From contig LSRY02000009.1 in assembly GCA_001643675.2 (NCBI GenBank), positions 1,426,001-1,490,000 of the forward strand: a stretch of 64,000 bases of DNA, written 5' to 3'. The stretch comes from Monocercomonoides exilis PA203. Its lineage: Eukaryota > Protista > Preaxostyla. Shown in pieces: positions 25,900 through 39,309 of this stretch (the first letter of the stretch is position 1; each line of letters starts with the position of its first letter). The translations under genes and the position numbers were made by a program. Under the pieces are notes generated by a model that did not search any database, was not told where the DNA came from, and worked only from the letters and a program-made list of their open reading frames with translations.

Positions 25900-28800
25900 C
25901 ATATACATCATCAGCGCTTGCAATTGATTCTTCATGTGCATCTGTGGTGGAGGCATTATTCACGTTGGAAGCATCGATGGACGACATCCAGAGGCGGCTG
26001 CGGATTGTGGTTTCAGATACGACTGTGGTGTTTGCGCAGAACATGCCGCTGTCGCTGCGGATGCTGCGAGTATATGCTGTTTTGCTGCAGGTGGTGCTGC
26101 ATGGGGATATGTTGTGTGTGTGCCTGCTATGTGGCACTTTTGGAGAAGCTTTCCGTTCCGCAGGAGGCGCAGCTTCCAACTCTTGCAGCTTCTGTGGGAA
26201 AGATGTCTGAGAGCAAGAGGTTCTTTTTTTCAGCGGATGCGAATATATTCCCATAGATCTTCGATCTGTTTGACCCGTCGCTGCTGCCGTCTGCGATAGC
26301 GCGGCTGGTGCTGCGATCGTCTCAGTCGAGGCTTGCGGTGGTGAAGCTGGACGACGAAGTGAAAGGGCGATGTGTTGCAGTGTATGAAGTGGGGAAAATT
26401 GTGGAGAAGAAGGTTGTAGGTGGAGGGGCTGAGGATGGAGGAGGTGGATCTGTCTCCAGCAACGATTGTGCTGGCTGTGCTGGAGGAGCGAAAACAAGTG
26501 GAGGAAGGAGAACGATTCAATGGGAGACTCAGAGGAATGTTCGATCATTTCTACAACGAAAAGTTTTATAGAAATGATTATTTCTGTGAAGCTGTTGTAA
26601 AAAAATGAGCGAACAATTTGTCAATAATTGAGAAAAAAGACAAATGTGATGAAGAAGCAATGGGAAAAAGTTGTTTGATTTATGCGGAGTGATAAAAAGA
26701 AGAGGAGGAAGAGGAGGAAGAGGAGGAAGAGGAGGAAGAGGAGGAAGAGGGAGGAAAAATTGAGTGCACCAGGAAGAAGGAGTGAAGAGGTTGTTCTATC
26801 TGGTCGATGGCTGATGAACAGTGTCTTGAACCAAAAAGGCAATCAACGAATGATGCGTGTGCGAATTGCACACGGGCAGACTTTTGATGTGCTGGGCGAG
26901 CTGAACATTCCGCTGTCATGAAGTTGTGCTAAGACGCAGGTGAAATGGTGGAGATGCAGCTGAGGAACAAAGCCGAAGAGGAATCTAACTTTGGAGTCGT
27001 GCGAGATCCTCGTGCAGCATGGGATAGAGAGTGAAGCAGTGATGAAGCAGGTTATTGTGGAAGACTTGGTAGTTATGTTTATCGTACTTGTTGAGTGACT
27101 CGAGTACAAAGCAGAGGAGTACGAGTTTGTGATTGATATCTTTATTAACCAAGTTGAGCTGATCCGCCTTGTGAATGAGCACATTGTGATGAAGTAGCGG
27201 AGACTGTGCTGAGGAGTGACAGCGTCTGTTGTGATGGAGCATAGATGATTCTGCGAAGGTGAAGTTTACAACTGAGAAGGAAATTGAAGATGCATGACAG
27301 AGCAGAGAAGGAGAAGAAGCAGGAAATGCGAAGGAGATTCTGAGCAATTGTTCAGCGACACTATCAGTGCATGCGTTTGAGGGTGTGTTTGATGGGGCGA
27401 CTGATGCGGACACGCAGCTTATATGGTTTGGTGAGTGAATGGAAGCAGAGGTGCAGAAGGATCGGAGGCGGATTCATTCAAAAAGTCAGACAAGAGGCTT
27501 GGTACAGAAGAAGTGTTTATTTGAGAAGACAGTCAAATGCTGCACAGACGATGGGTTTACGCGGATATGATGCTTCGTACGCCATTTCTAACAGACCAAG
27601 CTTTCTCAGCGGTTGTTCCTATGGATGCTTCCATGGCATTGAAGATGGCAGCAGAGGATTTGCATTATAATTCTATTTCTTCTTCTTCTTCGTTGTCGTC
27701 GTCAATTTCTATTTTTTTGAGTGTCTGTTCCTTCTTCTCATCCTCCTCATCGTCTCAAATATCTCATCTGTCACATTCCTCTTCTTCTGTCTCTTCATCA
27801 GCCTCAGCGCATACATCTCTGGAAGCACCTGCTTTGAACAGTATATCGAATGCATGTGTTCTGACGAGTCGCCCGTTGATGTTTCTTGTTTCATTGGCTT
27901 TACGGCATTTGCACAGCTCCATCGACCTCCTCATCTCCTGATGCGACGAATGGGAAGAGTGTGACGAAGGAATTGGTGGATGCACATCATCAAGAGGAGT
28001 GGGGGATTTGAACAGACGAGGAGGCGAATAGAAGAAGCGCTTCTGCGACGAGGTGTGTAAAGATGGAGAGTACATGCCAAAGAAAAGCGGCGGCGCATCA
28101 GTTGCTGAAGAATAAAGAGGCGCAATAAGAGCAGATGAAAGAGAAGAGGATGAAGTGGTGGAGATGATAGCAGACGAAGTGACTGGAGCTGGCAAGTTTG
28201 ATGAGGCAGTTGGGGCTGCAACAGCAGCAGATCGTTGGAAGCTTCCTAGATGAACCAAATGAGAAGGATGCAAGGGAGAGCTTGCCTGTGTGAGAGACAA
28301 CTGCGATGTGGCTGAGGATGTGCGGGTGTGGAAAGAGTTCGTGTTCAAAGAGGAAGACAATGATTGAGATTGAGATTGAGACTGAGACTGAGACTGAGAC
28401 TGAGACTGAGATGAAGGCTGAGGTTGTCGGGTGAGTGCGGGGCCAGGCGAGGTGGATGTTGACATCTGCTGGATGGTCTGAGAGAAGGAAAGAAGAGCAG
28501 AGAAAGAGGAGGAAGCGAGAGATGTTGGAGAAGTCAGAGAGGCCAAGGAAGAAGAAGCAGAGGAAGATAAAGGTGGAAGGGAAGAAGACGAGGACGACGA
28601 CGAAGAAGATGCAATGGATGTAGTTGAAGATCCCCCAAGCACAATCGTAGGAGCCAATAGTGATGCAGTCACAGAAGACGATGTGTCATCAAAGAACGAG
28701 CGAAGCGTGGCTAACGCAAAAGTGGTAGATAATGGAGCGTTTGAGGTGCTTATCTCAGAGAGGAGAGCTGTTGATGAGTGTGTGCGTGCTATTGAAGTGG

Positions 28801-29500
28801 TTGTTTGAGTGATGGCAGGTGCAGGGAAGACGAGGGCAGTGGCTGAGACAGAGGTAAATGAGGATACTGTTTTTGAAGGAGAAGAAGAAGAAAAAGAAGG
28901 AGGAGGAGGAGAAGAAGGAGGAGGAGAAGAAGAAGAAGGAGAAGGAAAGAGAGGAAACAAGGGCTGGAGTTGAATGGCTTGGGAAAACGAATGAAGATGA
29001 AGCATATGGTTGCGAAGGAGTTTTTGAATGTTGTGAGCGAAGAGTGGGAGGTGAATGAGGAAGGCTGGAAGACGAGGAAGTTTGTGGAGTTGGAGAAGAT
29101 GCATGCCGTGCTGATGTTTGCGTGTAATGTGATTATGATGAGCACGACAGTTTCGCAGAGGTCGACATAGGTCGACATAGGTGCTGATGCAAGCGACAGG
29201 ATCGATCGCGTTGCAAAGTGGCGGTGTGAAAAGGACATAGAGCATTGCACCGGGGCATGATGGCACTCTTACGTAATTTTGTTCGTTACGCTTCTTGCCG
29301 AGAAAAGTGTTTGTGGTATATCAAGTGCATTTGATGATTCAGCAGTCGAACGTGTGTTGCAGCAGAGAGTGAGGGCTCATGGTGGGGAGAAAGCAGAACG
29401 GATGGTGCTGGAGGCAGAGTGGAGAGACAGGGGATATATGTCGCAGGATGCGGAGAAAGAAGTGCTGCTTGAGTTTCTGGAGTCGAAGAATCTCTAAAGA
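25900..29500 (+). pseudogene. Large decayed Glu-rich gene of the DIERRL/DIQRRL family
   Basis: Higher-GC block with many short plus-strand ORFs, homology to ~18140 and ~40200, and a 10-bp tandem duplication at 29161-29180. Extent is approximate. Confidence 0.45.
28363..28410. repeat. (GAGAYT)n hexamer repeat
   Basis: Tandem GATTGA/GACTGA units. Confidence 0.9.
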
Positions 29501-29789
29501 AAAGATATGGACTTGTTGATGATTTTATGGTAGTTAAAGGAGAAGAGCGCATCTGAAATTGTGGTTTTGATACTGTTGGATGCATGGAGGATTATGCTGT
29601 GGCGTAAATGCATGAGACAATTATGGTGAAAGGGAGGCAAGTGTGTTGGAGTTTCGCCATCTGATCAATGTGCATATTTTTGTGTTTGGAATTGAAGAAG
29701 AAGAGATGATGATGAAGAGAGAATGAAAATGGAGCGAAGAAAAAGGGATGACGGAAGAGATAAGATGAGTTTCGATAATTCCGTTTCAA

Positions 29790-30430
29790 CACTTGCTTTT
29801 ATCAAAGCTGAATTGGATGTTGAACTTGAATCAGAAACTGTCCAACCACTTTGATCATCATTTCCTTTGATTTCGTTTTCCTGTCTAGCAAAGTTAAGCT
29901 CATCACTCATCACAATCATTTCATTCACAACAACTTTTTTTGTTCCTGTTTGCCTTGTGAGAGAGCGCTTCATTGTCAAACAGGGGAATTGAACAATTCC
30001 ACAATGTGAGTGATCAGATGCCTCGGTGCTTCTCATATATATTTCTTCTGGAGTGGGAAGGAGATAGATGCACAGAGGGATAGCCCCGCTGGTGTTTCCG
30101 TTGTAGTATCCTCGCACTCTGTCAACAGAATCCAAAGAATCTGTCACGCATGTGATGTTTTCTGATTTTGCAGTTTCTTCCAGATTGGGTGAAATGACAA
30201 AGATATCTCTTTTCCATTTGGCTGTGTTTGTTCCAAATGAGGAAGAAATGAGGAAATTGGGATTTTCATTCAACAGCTGGAGAAAAATTCCTCCGCTAAG
30301 TCCGTTGGATAAAGAACAAAAGCATCCATCAAAATTGAAGCCTTTCACTTTCACTTCATTTCCATTCCCAACACACAGCATCATCGACCCTCCGTTGGCT
30401 GATTTTGAGCTTCCGCATCTGAAAATGTTT
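29790..30430 (-). pseudogene. Fragment of a Cys-rich surface/receptor-like protein family gene
   Basis: GLSGGIFL, IPLCIYLLP and DHSHCGIVQFPCLT motifs resemble the cargo at 9448-11520. No credible start or end. Confidence 0.55.
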
Positions 30431-31001
30431 TCGAAATCATATCTTTGTCTATAATGAAATTGAAAAAACAAATGTTGGCTATCAACTGCGAACTATTCAA
30501 TAAAAAAAGCATGATTGAATAATAAATAAAAATTAAATATTTTTTGTTTAAATAAAATACTAACCACTAAATTTATCAAATTTTAAGATGCATCGTATAT
30601 GTGTGTTCTATTATTGCAATCATGTTGAGTTCAGGCTCATAAAGCAAAAGAAAAATGCTATTCAAATGAAATTTTGAATTAACATTGAAAATCAAGTTTA
30701 TCAGGATAAAGAATCGAAACGCACCTTGTTTATTGCATTTATTAGCAATTGCAAAGTGGTTCAATCAAGTGAAACTCTTTTTCATTGAAAAAATGATACT
30801 TTGATTTTTATCAAAAAATTTGATATATTATTTTTTGCTTTGAAAATTTTCTTCTTTGAAAGAAGTTTGCTATGAACTTGCTTACAATATTCTGCAACAA
30901 ACATTTTTTAATGAAAATAATGGAAACGGATTGAAAATAATTTAACAACCATGGGTCAAATTTTTGATCTGATGTCACTTTTCAAAAAAATTTTGACATA
31001 T

Positions 31002-31192
31002 GGGTAATTATTATTGAAAATTAATTTTCTCTGTCAAAAATTTCTGCTTGAGGTTTCTATTTGAATATTGATTAATGAACGTCGAAATGTCATATCTTCT
31101 TTTGAAGATTATTTTTTCATGAATATAATCTGAAGCATTATCTTTTAAAACAACATCAATGCATTTTTCTTTTTAACAAATAAAACCTCTCC

Positions 31193-31224
<32 letters not shown>

Positions 31225-31853
31225 GAAGAATCGACACGTAGAAAAAATTGATGATTTCAAAAATAATCGGCATGATTTTCGATCATGGCATCTTACTGAT
31301 CAACAACAAAACTTATTCAAAAATAATCTAAGGAATCCTTTTATTTTTCTAATATCTCTTTATATATGTTGAAACTGTTAAAGATTTTGAAGAAACTCAC
31401 CCATCACATGTTCTCATAAAGTGAATAATCGTGGAAAACGCAGCTTTCAAATGTTATTAGAAAACTGCATTGTTTCCAAAACAAATAAATGAAAGTTTGC
31501 AATAAAGATACAATTTAATACGCTGATTAAAACGCTAGGAACGTCTGTCATTGTGTTTTCACTAAAGTCAAAAAAATATCATTTTTATTTTCACATTTTT
31601 CATAGGACAAAAGTTAAATTGAATAAATCTTAAAATTAATGGATGAGGATTGTGGTTCTGCTTCAAACCCTGGAGTATTTTAAATACAGAAATTCATGCA
31701 ATTCACTTTTTCTTATTTCAACATTATCATTTCATCATCTGATAAAAAAAATAAAAAAATAAATAAAATTAACAAAAATTTTCAATTCAAAAGATTTATA
31801 CAGGGAATGATCTATTAGATGCCGAGATCGTCAGTTGTGCCAAATAATCACCC
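31002..31853. mobile_element. Possible non-autonomous element of the GGGTRATT / ATAT family
   Basis: ATAT|GGGTAATTATT ... AATAATCACCC|ATAT; only an 11-bp TIR with 1 mismatch. Confidence 0.4.
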
Positions 31854-32134
31854 ATATCTTAATAACAATCTCTCTCTCTCTCTCTTTTTTTTTTTTTTTT
31901 TTTTTTAATATTTGATATTTGATTCGACAACGCTAATGTTTGTTTGAACAAACATCCTCTTATCCAATAAGCAAGGAGTTTTTTTGAATGAATTTAGATC
32001 AATAAAAAATAAATATTTTAATCAAATTATATTATCAACATATTCTGTTCGATCAAATATGCAATTTGTCATTTCATTTTTTCATTTTCATTTTCATTTG
32101 CTTTTTCTTTTAATAATTTGTAATTCATATCAGT

Positions 32135-32986
32135 ATGAAAGCTACTACTTACAAAGCATTAAAAGTTATGCTTGCAGCTTTGTTCGGCGCATGCTCGATC
32201 ATTGCTTTTATTTCCGTTTTATTGATTCATTATTTGCTTGAACAACAAAAACAATCTGCACTATCTCTTGAACAATGGAAAAAAAAGATTGCAAATATGC
32301 GCACTATTGTTATAAATTTGGAACGAAGACCTGATAGGAAAAATTTTATGATGTCTCAGCTGAAAGATACACAGCTTAAGTACGAATTCTTTCCAGCTAT
32401 TGATGGAAAACTTCTAAATTCATCTGACTGCATAAACGAAAGACTTTCATTTTTGAGTCGAATACATCCTCGGACGAAATTCAATTTTACTGAAGCTTGC
32501 GAAACATTGGGTCCATATTTCTGGCAATATGGAGTTATTGGTTGCTGGCAAAGCCATCTTCAAATATATTTTGACATCGTTGAAAGGTCAAAACAAACTG
32601 GAATGGATGAGCCTGTTCTTATTTTTGAAGATGATGCAAATGTTCCTTCAAATTTGACACAAATACTACCTCAGTTGATGCCTCAACTCCCAGATGATTG
32701 GGATGCATTTTTCTTGGGAAGACATTATCACGTCTGTTCCGTAAATGTGACAAAAGACTTGTGCAAACTTGATTTTTTCTTCGGCACTCACGCTTATATT
32801 TTGAACGGAGCAAAGTCAGCAGAAAAGATTATAAGTATATCCAACACTGAAATGATTCAATTTGCAGATGTTGCATGGTTGTCGTATACCGGAGGCTATT
32901 TAAATTTCTATACTGTGAGTGGAGATCAAATCGTTAAGCAAGACGATGAAGTTAGGAAGGTCAGTGATGTTTTGTTTTATGGATAG
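32135..32986 (+). CDS. Glycosyltransferase family 25 (LPS biosynthesis-like), type II membrane protein
   Basis: N-terminal TM anchor; VINLERRPDR, FPAIDG, IGCWQSHL, LIFEDDA, LPDDWD and GTHAY motifs; intact 283-aa ORF. Confidence 0.92.
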   Translation: MKATTYKALKVMLAALFGACSIIAFISVLLIHYLLEQQKQSALSLEQWKKKIANMRTIVINLERRPDRKNFMMSQLKDTQLKYEFFPAIDGKLLNSSDCINERLSFLSRIHPRTKFNFTEACETLGPYFWQYGVIGCWQSHLQIYFDIVERSKQTGMDEPVLIFEDDANVPSNLTQILPQLMPQLPDDWDAFFLGRHYHVCSVNVTKDLCKLDFFFGTHAYILNGAKSAEKIISISNTEMIQFADVAWLSYTGGYLNFYTVSGDQIVKQDDEVRKVSDVLFYG

Positions 32987-35900
32987 TTATCCCTATTATT
33001 TATTTCCTTTTAATTTCTTTTCCACTTCAAAAGAAAGAAGAGATGTTTTTTAGGTTTCTTGTGGAATGTTGAGTTTGTCGAAGGACATTCGTTTCATTAG
33101 TTTTTTATATAAGGATTTTGCTTTTAATTAGTGAATAAAATATTCTTTTTGATTTATTCAGTTCTTCAATGTTTGTATTGGAAATTTGTGAGTACTCTTT
33201 TTCAAGTTATGCTTCAATAATCTTGTATTGTCTTCAACTTATTTAAAAGAATTTGGGCAGATTTTATTGGACCCGGTTTTATATATGTATTTATTTGGAG
33301 TTAACTTCACAGTCACACAAAATTAAATATTTGAGTTTTCTTTTTGAAAAAAAACTGTAGATAGAAAAAACATTAACTTCCATGATAATAACGGAAGCAG
33401 TGACTTTTTTGACTTCAGCAAAAGAAAAACCACGATTTATCTGTATTTCTTTATTTCAAAACAAATTGTTTTTTTATTTCTTTAAGAAGCATAATTTTTA
33501 TTAAACAAAACAGTGCCTTTTTGTGATTATTCAGCTTTTGTTTCCTTGTGGCAGACATGAACCTTGTCGAAATGTTTAAAGACTGCATTGCGAATAAAGA
33601 ACATGATTTCTCTCTTTTTTTTCAAATAAAATTTTTATCAAATTATTTTGAACACAATTACCCTGTTTAGGCTGTTTGAATAAAAGAATGATTTTTTATT
33701 AATCAACAAAAGTCGATAACAACTATCCCTTTTGCAAAAAACATTTTATAAATAAAAAAGTTTCCAAAAAGAACGTTTTCTGTTGAAAGGATATTTCTTC
33801 AATTTTTGTGGCCTTCAATCGAATTACGAAAAGGTCACTTGAATATCTATCTTCGTAATTCGTTCTTTCCCAGAAAAACCAAACTTAATTCTGGATTTGC
33901 AATTTTCAGGAGAAAATCGACCTTCTCGCTTCATTTGAAAGTTACTTAATCTGTCTCAGTGATTTATGTTATATTCCATGAAAGAATATTGCAATGCTTG
34001 CTTTGAATCCCAGAATTTCCTTTCTGTTGGCAAAGACACTCAAGCTCATTGAAATATTATCCAAAAGCAATGAAGCAGATTGAATAATATTTTCATGTGA
34101 AAGGATTACTACTGGAACTGAGGATGCTTGAATTCTAGTAATTTGCTCAAAAGTTATATTCTGAAGTTATCTTCCTTGTCTTCTTTTTCATTTTTCTGTT
34201 TGACTTGTGAATAAAGGAAAACAGAAGCATCTCAACTTTGAGATTTTTTCAAATAAATGGAAAATCGCATTTTCCACAATTATCAAATCAGATGAACTGA
34301 AAATGGAAGAAAATGAAGGGGAGATACAATTAATTGATATTTTGATAACAACTAATAAGTCTTTGCACATTGAAATTCAAAATTCTTTGGGCAGATGTTA
34401 TCCTTTCTATTTCGCTTCGAAGTCATCACTCAACATTGAATTAGCACTTCTTTCTTTCATCCGCTGTCCATACGATTGATGCAACATTTGACAGCCAGCC
34501 ACAGGATTGCTGCATTCAGCAACTTCATCAACCCAAGTGGCGGGACGCTTTGCCAGTGAGGAAAAAAAAAGGATATATTTTGTCGCAAAGTCAATCGTAA
34601 TGTTGTTCTCCAGGCAGTTTGAAAAGAATAACTCATATTGCACACACAACAGCTCTCTCTTGCGGAACGGCTGCACTGGTTCAAAGCTGCACGTCGGCTC
34701 GAGAGAGACAGAAACATGAATGTGCAGAGGTTCCAGTCAAGCCAGACACCAGCTGAGGATGCAAGTTCCAAGCTCGTGTTCCACCTGGTGTGCAGAGACA
34801 GAGCAGCGTGCAGACTCAGAAGAAGTCAGAGGTAGAGCAGTTGCAGAACGTTCAGAGTGAAAAGAGGAAGATGCTTATGCAAAGCAGCAGTGTCTGTGCT
34901 TCTCTGAAGGAGGAAGTTTCCAGATGCTATTCAGAGACCTCTTGCAGGAGAAGCGATATCCACTGGAAAGCCGAATGCTATGCCAGTGGAGCTGCAGAAA
35001 GATCCTCCGCACACATCAGCAGCGCCTGCTTCATGAGATAAAATTATTTCATGTGAAAAAAAAAATATTTTCTGGAAAGAGAAAGAGGCGGACAAATGTG
35101 GGAGAAGCCTTTTGAAAGCAAAGGAACTTGCAGATGATGAAATGTCTGTGTGAAAAGCCATTGTTTTTCCGATATATTGCAATCTCCAAGATTGAATTTG
35201 AGTGAAAGGAAAGAGGAGACAGATGACGAAAAATGAAGAAGAAATGCTGGGGAAAGGAAACAAACACAATTTCCAGATTGAATTGAAGTGAATTTTAACG
35301 ATCATGATGATGGTGATATTGCTTCATCATTGTTGCATTTTTGAGAATTGGAGAAGAACTTTCACATCGAAAACAATTATGAAAACAAATAACTTTTTTG
35401 GAAAAGGGAAATGAAAATATATTCACTGGAAACATTGTCAATAAAAGTGACGGATTCGAAAGAAAGGCACTTTCCAAACAAACAAGGATTTGTTGCTCGA
35501 CAACTGAAGTGAAAGATCAAGAAAGCTATTTGAAGATCAGAATGTTAATGCGAATCTGAATGAAGTTGAAGCTGAAGCCGAAGATGCTGAAGAAGGAAAA
35601 GAAGACAAAGAAAATGATGAAGATGAAGAAACCGAAGAAGCTGATTTTTTGGAAGAACAAGATTTTGAAGTGGTTGGCGAACAACGCGAAGGCGAAGATG
35701 ATTACGAAGAAGGCAAAGAAGATACAATTTATTCGAGCAATACAAACAGCTGGCAAAAAAAACTCATCAACTTTTTCTTTCTTTCTTTTATCGCTCTTCA
35801 AACATATTTCCCTTCATCATCATCAACGCTCAAGACATCTGCGTGCTTGCATCATATCTTGGCTAGCAATTCGCTTCGAATGATCGGGTTCAAATTCAAC

Positions 35901-36175
35901 ATGTTTGCTGGCTCCAATGATGCTCCCAACACATTTTGCGATTTTGAAGGAAATGATGCTGCCAAAACACAATCTGATGGGGTTTGATTGATCCGCGAAA
36001 GAGATGCTTGAAATTCGCTTCATGAACCTCAAATGCAAAGAATACGAAGAAGACGAAGAAGAAATTCGAGAAATTCCGATTTCTCATTCGTTCCAGATAG
36101 CTTTGTTAATTAAAATGTCAATCTCAATAATCATTTCTTGGAAGATTCTTTGAACGTTTGGCCTCATGAAATTGC

Positions 36176-37660
36176 GGTAATTGCACAATATACGACCGGC
36201 TTGGATATTTCATGAAAATGTTCATTGAGAAATAATATAAACACATACACGATTTGAAACGTGTCAATCAATGCGGAAACTCACAAAAAAAATAAAATTG
36301 AAATCAGCAAATACAAATATGTCTTGTGGGAATGATCATATTCTTTGATCAACACATTTTCTAAATAACAATTGTTTTCAATAAAAATGGAAGATCATGA
36401 AATGAAAATACATCATCTGAACAAGATGTTCCACAGCACTGATGATACATGGGATTGGTTTCAAAGGGATGTTTTGGATGCAAGGTACAAAGAGTGCAGA
36501 CAATGCAGAAGAGAAATGTGTTTATATAAAAGAAATCCTAACTCAAGACAATGGAGATGCTTCAGATGTGATAGAACAATTAGTTTGCTTTCAGGTTTAT
36601 CCATTGAAAATCAAAAAGTGGGATTGAACAAAATCATGCACATTTTGTTATATAAATGGATTAAATTATCTATCACACAAACCTCTCTTCTTCTTGGAAT
36701 TCATAGAAATACTGTAGGTTTTTATTATTCTTTGGCTGCAGCTTCCATGTCCAAAATTGCAGTGAATTCATTTGAACCACTGGGAGGTCTGAATTCTATC
36801 GTAGAAATAGACTAGGCGATTTTGCACAAAAGGAAATTTCACAAAGGACGTTTAAAAAAGCAAATTTGGTTATTTGGAGCAGTCCAACGAAATTTAGAGG
36901 GAAAACAAGGAAAATTTTTCATTGTTCGTGTTCCAAATAGGAAAAAAAACACACTAATACCTATCATCAAAGCCAATATTTTGCCTGGAACGACAATTCA
37001 TAGCGATGAATGGAAAGCATATGCCTCTCTGGAAGAGATAGGGTATACACATAAAACTGTTTGTCACAAGTATCACTTTCGTGATCCAGAAAGCGAAATT
37101 TGTACGAACATGATTGAAGGCATTTGGAGTCAGTTTCGCAGGGAAATGCCAAAAAATGGTATTAGAGAAAAATTTATTGACGATTACATATCCTCATTTG
37201 TTTTCAGCAAGACAAGAGAGCTATCATTTGTGGAAACTGTCAAAGCTATTTGCAGATACAAACCAGAAGAGTTTATTGAAGAAGAGGAGGAAGACAATGA
37301 AGAAGATGACGACGAAGAAGACGTTCCTGTCATGTTGACTGAAGATGAAGCAACTTCTGATAATTCTTTGGAAGTGAGTGACGGAGCTGAACATTCTGAA
37401 TATGAGCCAGAATAAACAAGAAACAATTTCTTTCACTCATCATAATTTTTTCACATCATTCGTTTCATAATAAATACTGAAAAACAAAATTTTTTATCTT
37501 TTTCTTTAGGCAAATGGGATTTTGATCATTTTTTTTGTAATTAAAAATCTTCACATTTCCGCAAGGAATCTGCAAAAAAAATTACACGAGAATGATATAA
37601 TGTATCATGTATTTGCTATATAAAACAGAATTTCAAACGGTCGTATATTGTGCAATAACC
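36176..37660 (+). mobile_element. Merlin (IS1595/ISXO2-like) DNA transposon, 1485 bp
   Basis: 23-bp TIR GGTWATTGCACAATATACGACCG; 8-bp TSD GAAATTGC (36168-36175, 37661-37668); contains a transposase. Confidence 0.93.
36387..37415 (+). pseudogene. Merlin/ISXO2-like DDE transposase with one in-frame TAG (36813-36815)
   Basis: Zn-ribbon CRQC...CFRC; IVEID*AILHKRKFHKGR, WLFG, PGTTIHSDEWKAY, HKTVCH and TNMIEGIW motifs; acidic tail. Confidence 0.9.
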
Positions 37661-38421
37661 GAAATTGCTGTTGAAGCCAATCACTTCAAGCCAATGACAG
37701 AAACAACCATCGTCAAAATCCATTTCTGCTCGCTTGAAGAGCAAAGGGAAAGAAGTCAGATGAACGACAAATCTCGTATTTGGGCTTCTCTTCTTTTGAT
37801 GGATTCCCTTTTGAATCTGCAACAACACATTCTGCCTGAAAAATCAGACCCATCGGAAATGAATGCTTCCAGATGGAGCAGTGCTTTGGAAGAATTTGAT
37901 GTGCGATGCGAGACAAGTTCTGCAACTGGGACGATTTTTTCTCGAATTCGAATGCACATTTTCACATTTGGCAGAAATTCTGCTTTTTGTGCCTTTGAGC
38001 GAGGTTTGCTCATCATGCTTGGAATATCGCTTATTTTTCTGTTTCAACTTGGCATTTCCACAAAAGCTTCTGTTTGTGTGGAATTGTTGAAAATCAATTT
38101 TTTTCTGATTTGACACATAATTTTTCTTTCTCTTTTGATGATCTTTTGTTCTTAATAAATAAATGAGCCATTTTCATTTTTGGGTTTTCCACATACATAT
38201 ATTTGTCGATCAAAAGAAGTTTTTGAAATTTTGATTTTGGAGCAAGTTATGCATGAGATCAAATAAAATCGTTCTCTAAATCTTCAGCCCCAGCTGCTTG
38301 GGAAGTGTGCTTTGTTTCATTTTGTCCTGTCAGATTGATATGTGATTTTGTCAATGCTTTTATTAAATGCATAAATTTGAACACATTTTCAATTTTATTT
38401 CAAATAACAGCGTTTTCTTGG

Positions 38422-39309
38422 ATGTGCCTGCTTATGTTTATTCCTTTTTTCTGTTCTGTAGCTGCACTGGTTGAGGAAGGATATGCCATGAAAACAGATG
38501 CGCATGCTCAGGATGACGACTCGTATGAAGTTCCAAAAATCATCTGGCTTTATTGGGAAGGAGAAATGAATCCGGAAGTGCGCTTTCTTTTGCACAACTT
38601 GAAGGAAAAAGTCAAGAATTTCACTCCTATATTTATCACAGATTCGACGCTAAGTTTGTATTTGGATCGAAAAACACTTACATCCGAATTGAAGAAACTT
38701 CCTTTGGCGAATCAAGCTGATTTTATTCGCTTTTCGTTGCTTTACAAGTATGGAGGTGTGTGGATGGATGCAACGACATATATTTGCAATGAAACTATTT
38801 TAGAAGACTTTCATCGAAATTTGACAAAGGCTAAAGCAGATGTGCTTGCCTTCAATACCCATTGGTCTCCCGCATATCATATCGAACTTGGGTTTATGAT
38901 GGCACCTAAGGGAAGCCCGCTTCTTGGAAAAGTCTTGGAAGAATTCAAGATTATGTTGCCTATGGGACGTTTATCATACATGAAAGATCGAATTTATGGT
39001 GGAGTGGAAATTAAAAGTCCCGATATCCACCAATTTGGTTCGGATCCGGAGCATGATTACTGGGGGACTTATTTCATAGCTTATGTTTGCATGCAAACAG
39101 TTGTCCAGCGCGATTACAAAGGAAAGCCAAATGCCATTCTTATGGATTCGGAAGATTATTTTTACAAACTGAATATTGGTTGCAATTGGAATACCAAGTG
39201 TATTGCGGATAGGTGGGAAAACGATCCAGAAGTGCGGCAGTATCCAATCACAAAGTTTTATTCTGGAACAAGAGGGATTGTGAAATTCCCGGAAGTTGAT
39301 GTTATTTAG
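38422..39309 (+). CDS. Glycosyltransferase, GT32 / capsular polysaccharide synthesis-like
   Basis: Signal-like N-terminus from the ATG at 38422 (start inferred); VPKIIWLYW and ADFIRFSLLYKYGGVWMDAT motifs; intact ORF. Confidence 0.88.
   Translation: MCLLMFIPFFCSVAALVEEGYAMKTDAHAQDDDSYEVPKIIWLYWEGEMNPEVRFLLHNLKEKVKNFTPIFITDSTLSLYLDRKTLTSELKKLPLANQADFIRFSLLYKYGGVWMDATTYICNETILEDFHRNLTKAKADVLAFNTHWSPAYHIELGFMMAPKGSPLLGKVLEEFKIMLPMGRLSYMKDRIYGGVEIKSPDIHQFGSDPEHDYWGTYFIAYVCMQTVVQRDYKGKPNAILMDSEDYFYKLNIGCNWNTKCIADRWENDPEVRQYPITKFYSGTRGIVKFPEVDVI

Noticed and set aside
27764-29266. 500-aa Ser-rich minus-strand ORF as a real gene
   Set aside because: Most likely the antisense shadow of GAA/GAG-rich plus-strand pseudogene DNA; no recognisable domain.
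31002-33663. GT25 gene as cargo of a GGGTAATT element ending at AATTACCC (33656-33663)
   Set aside because: Only 8 bp match well and the right flank is not ATAT.
36176-37660. This Merlin as the mobiliser of the 4258-bp elements
   Set aside because: The TIR sequences are unrelated beyond the terminal GG, and the ORF has a stop.
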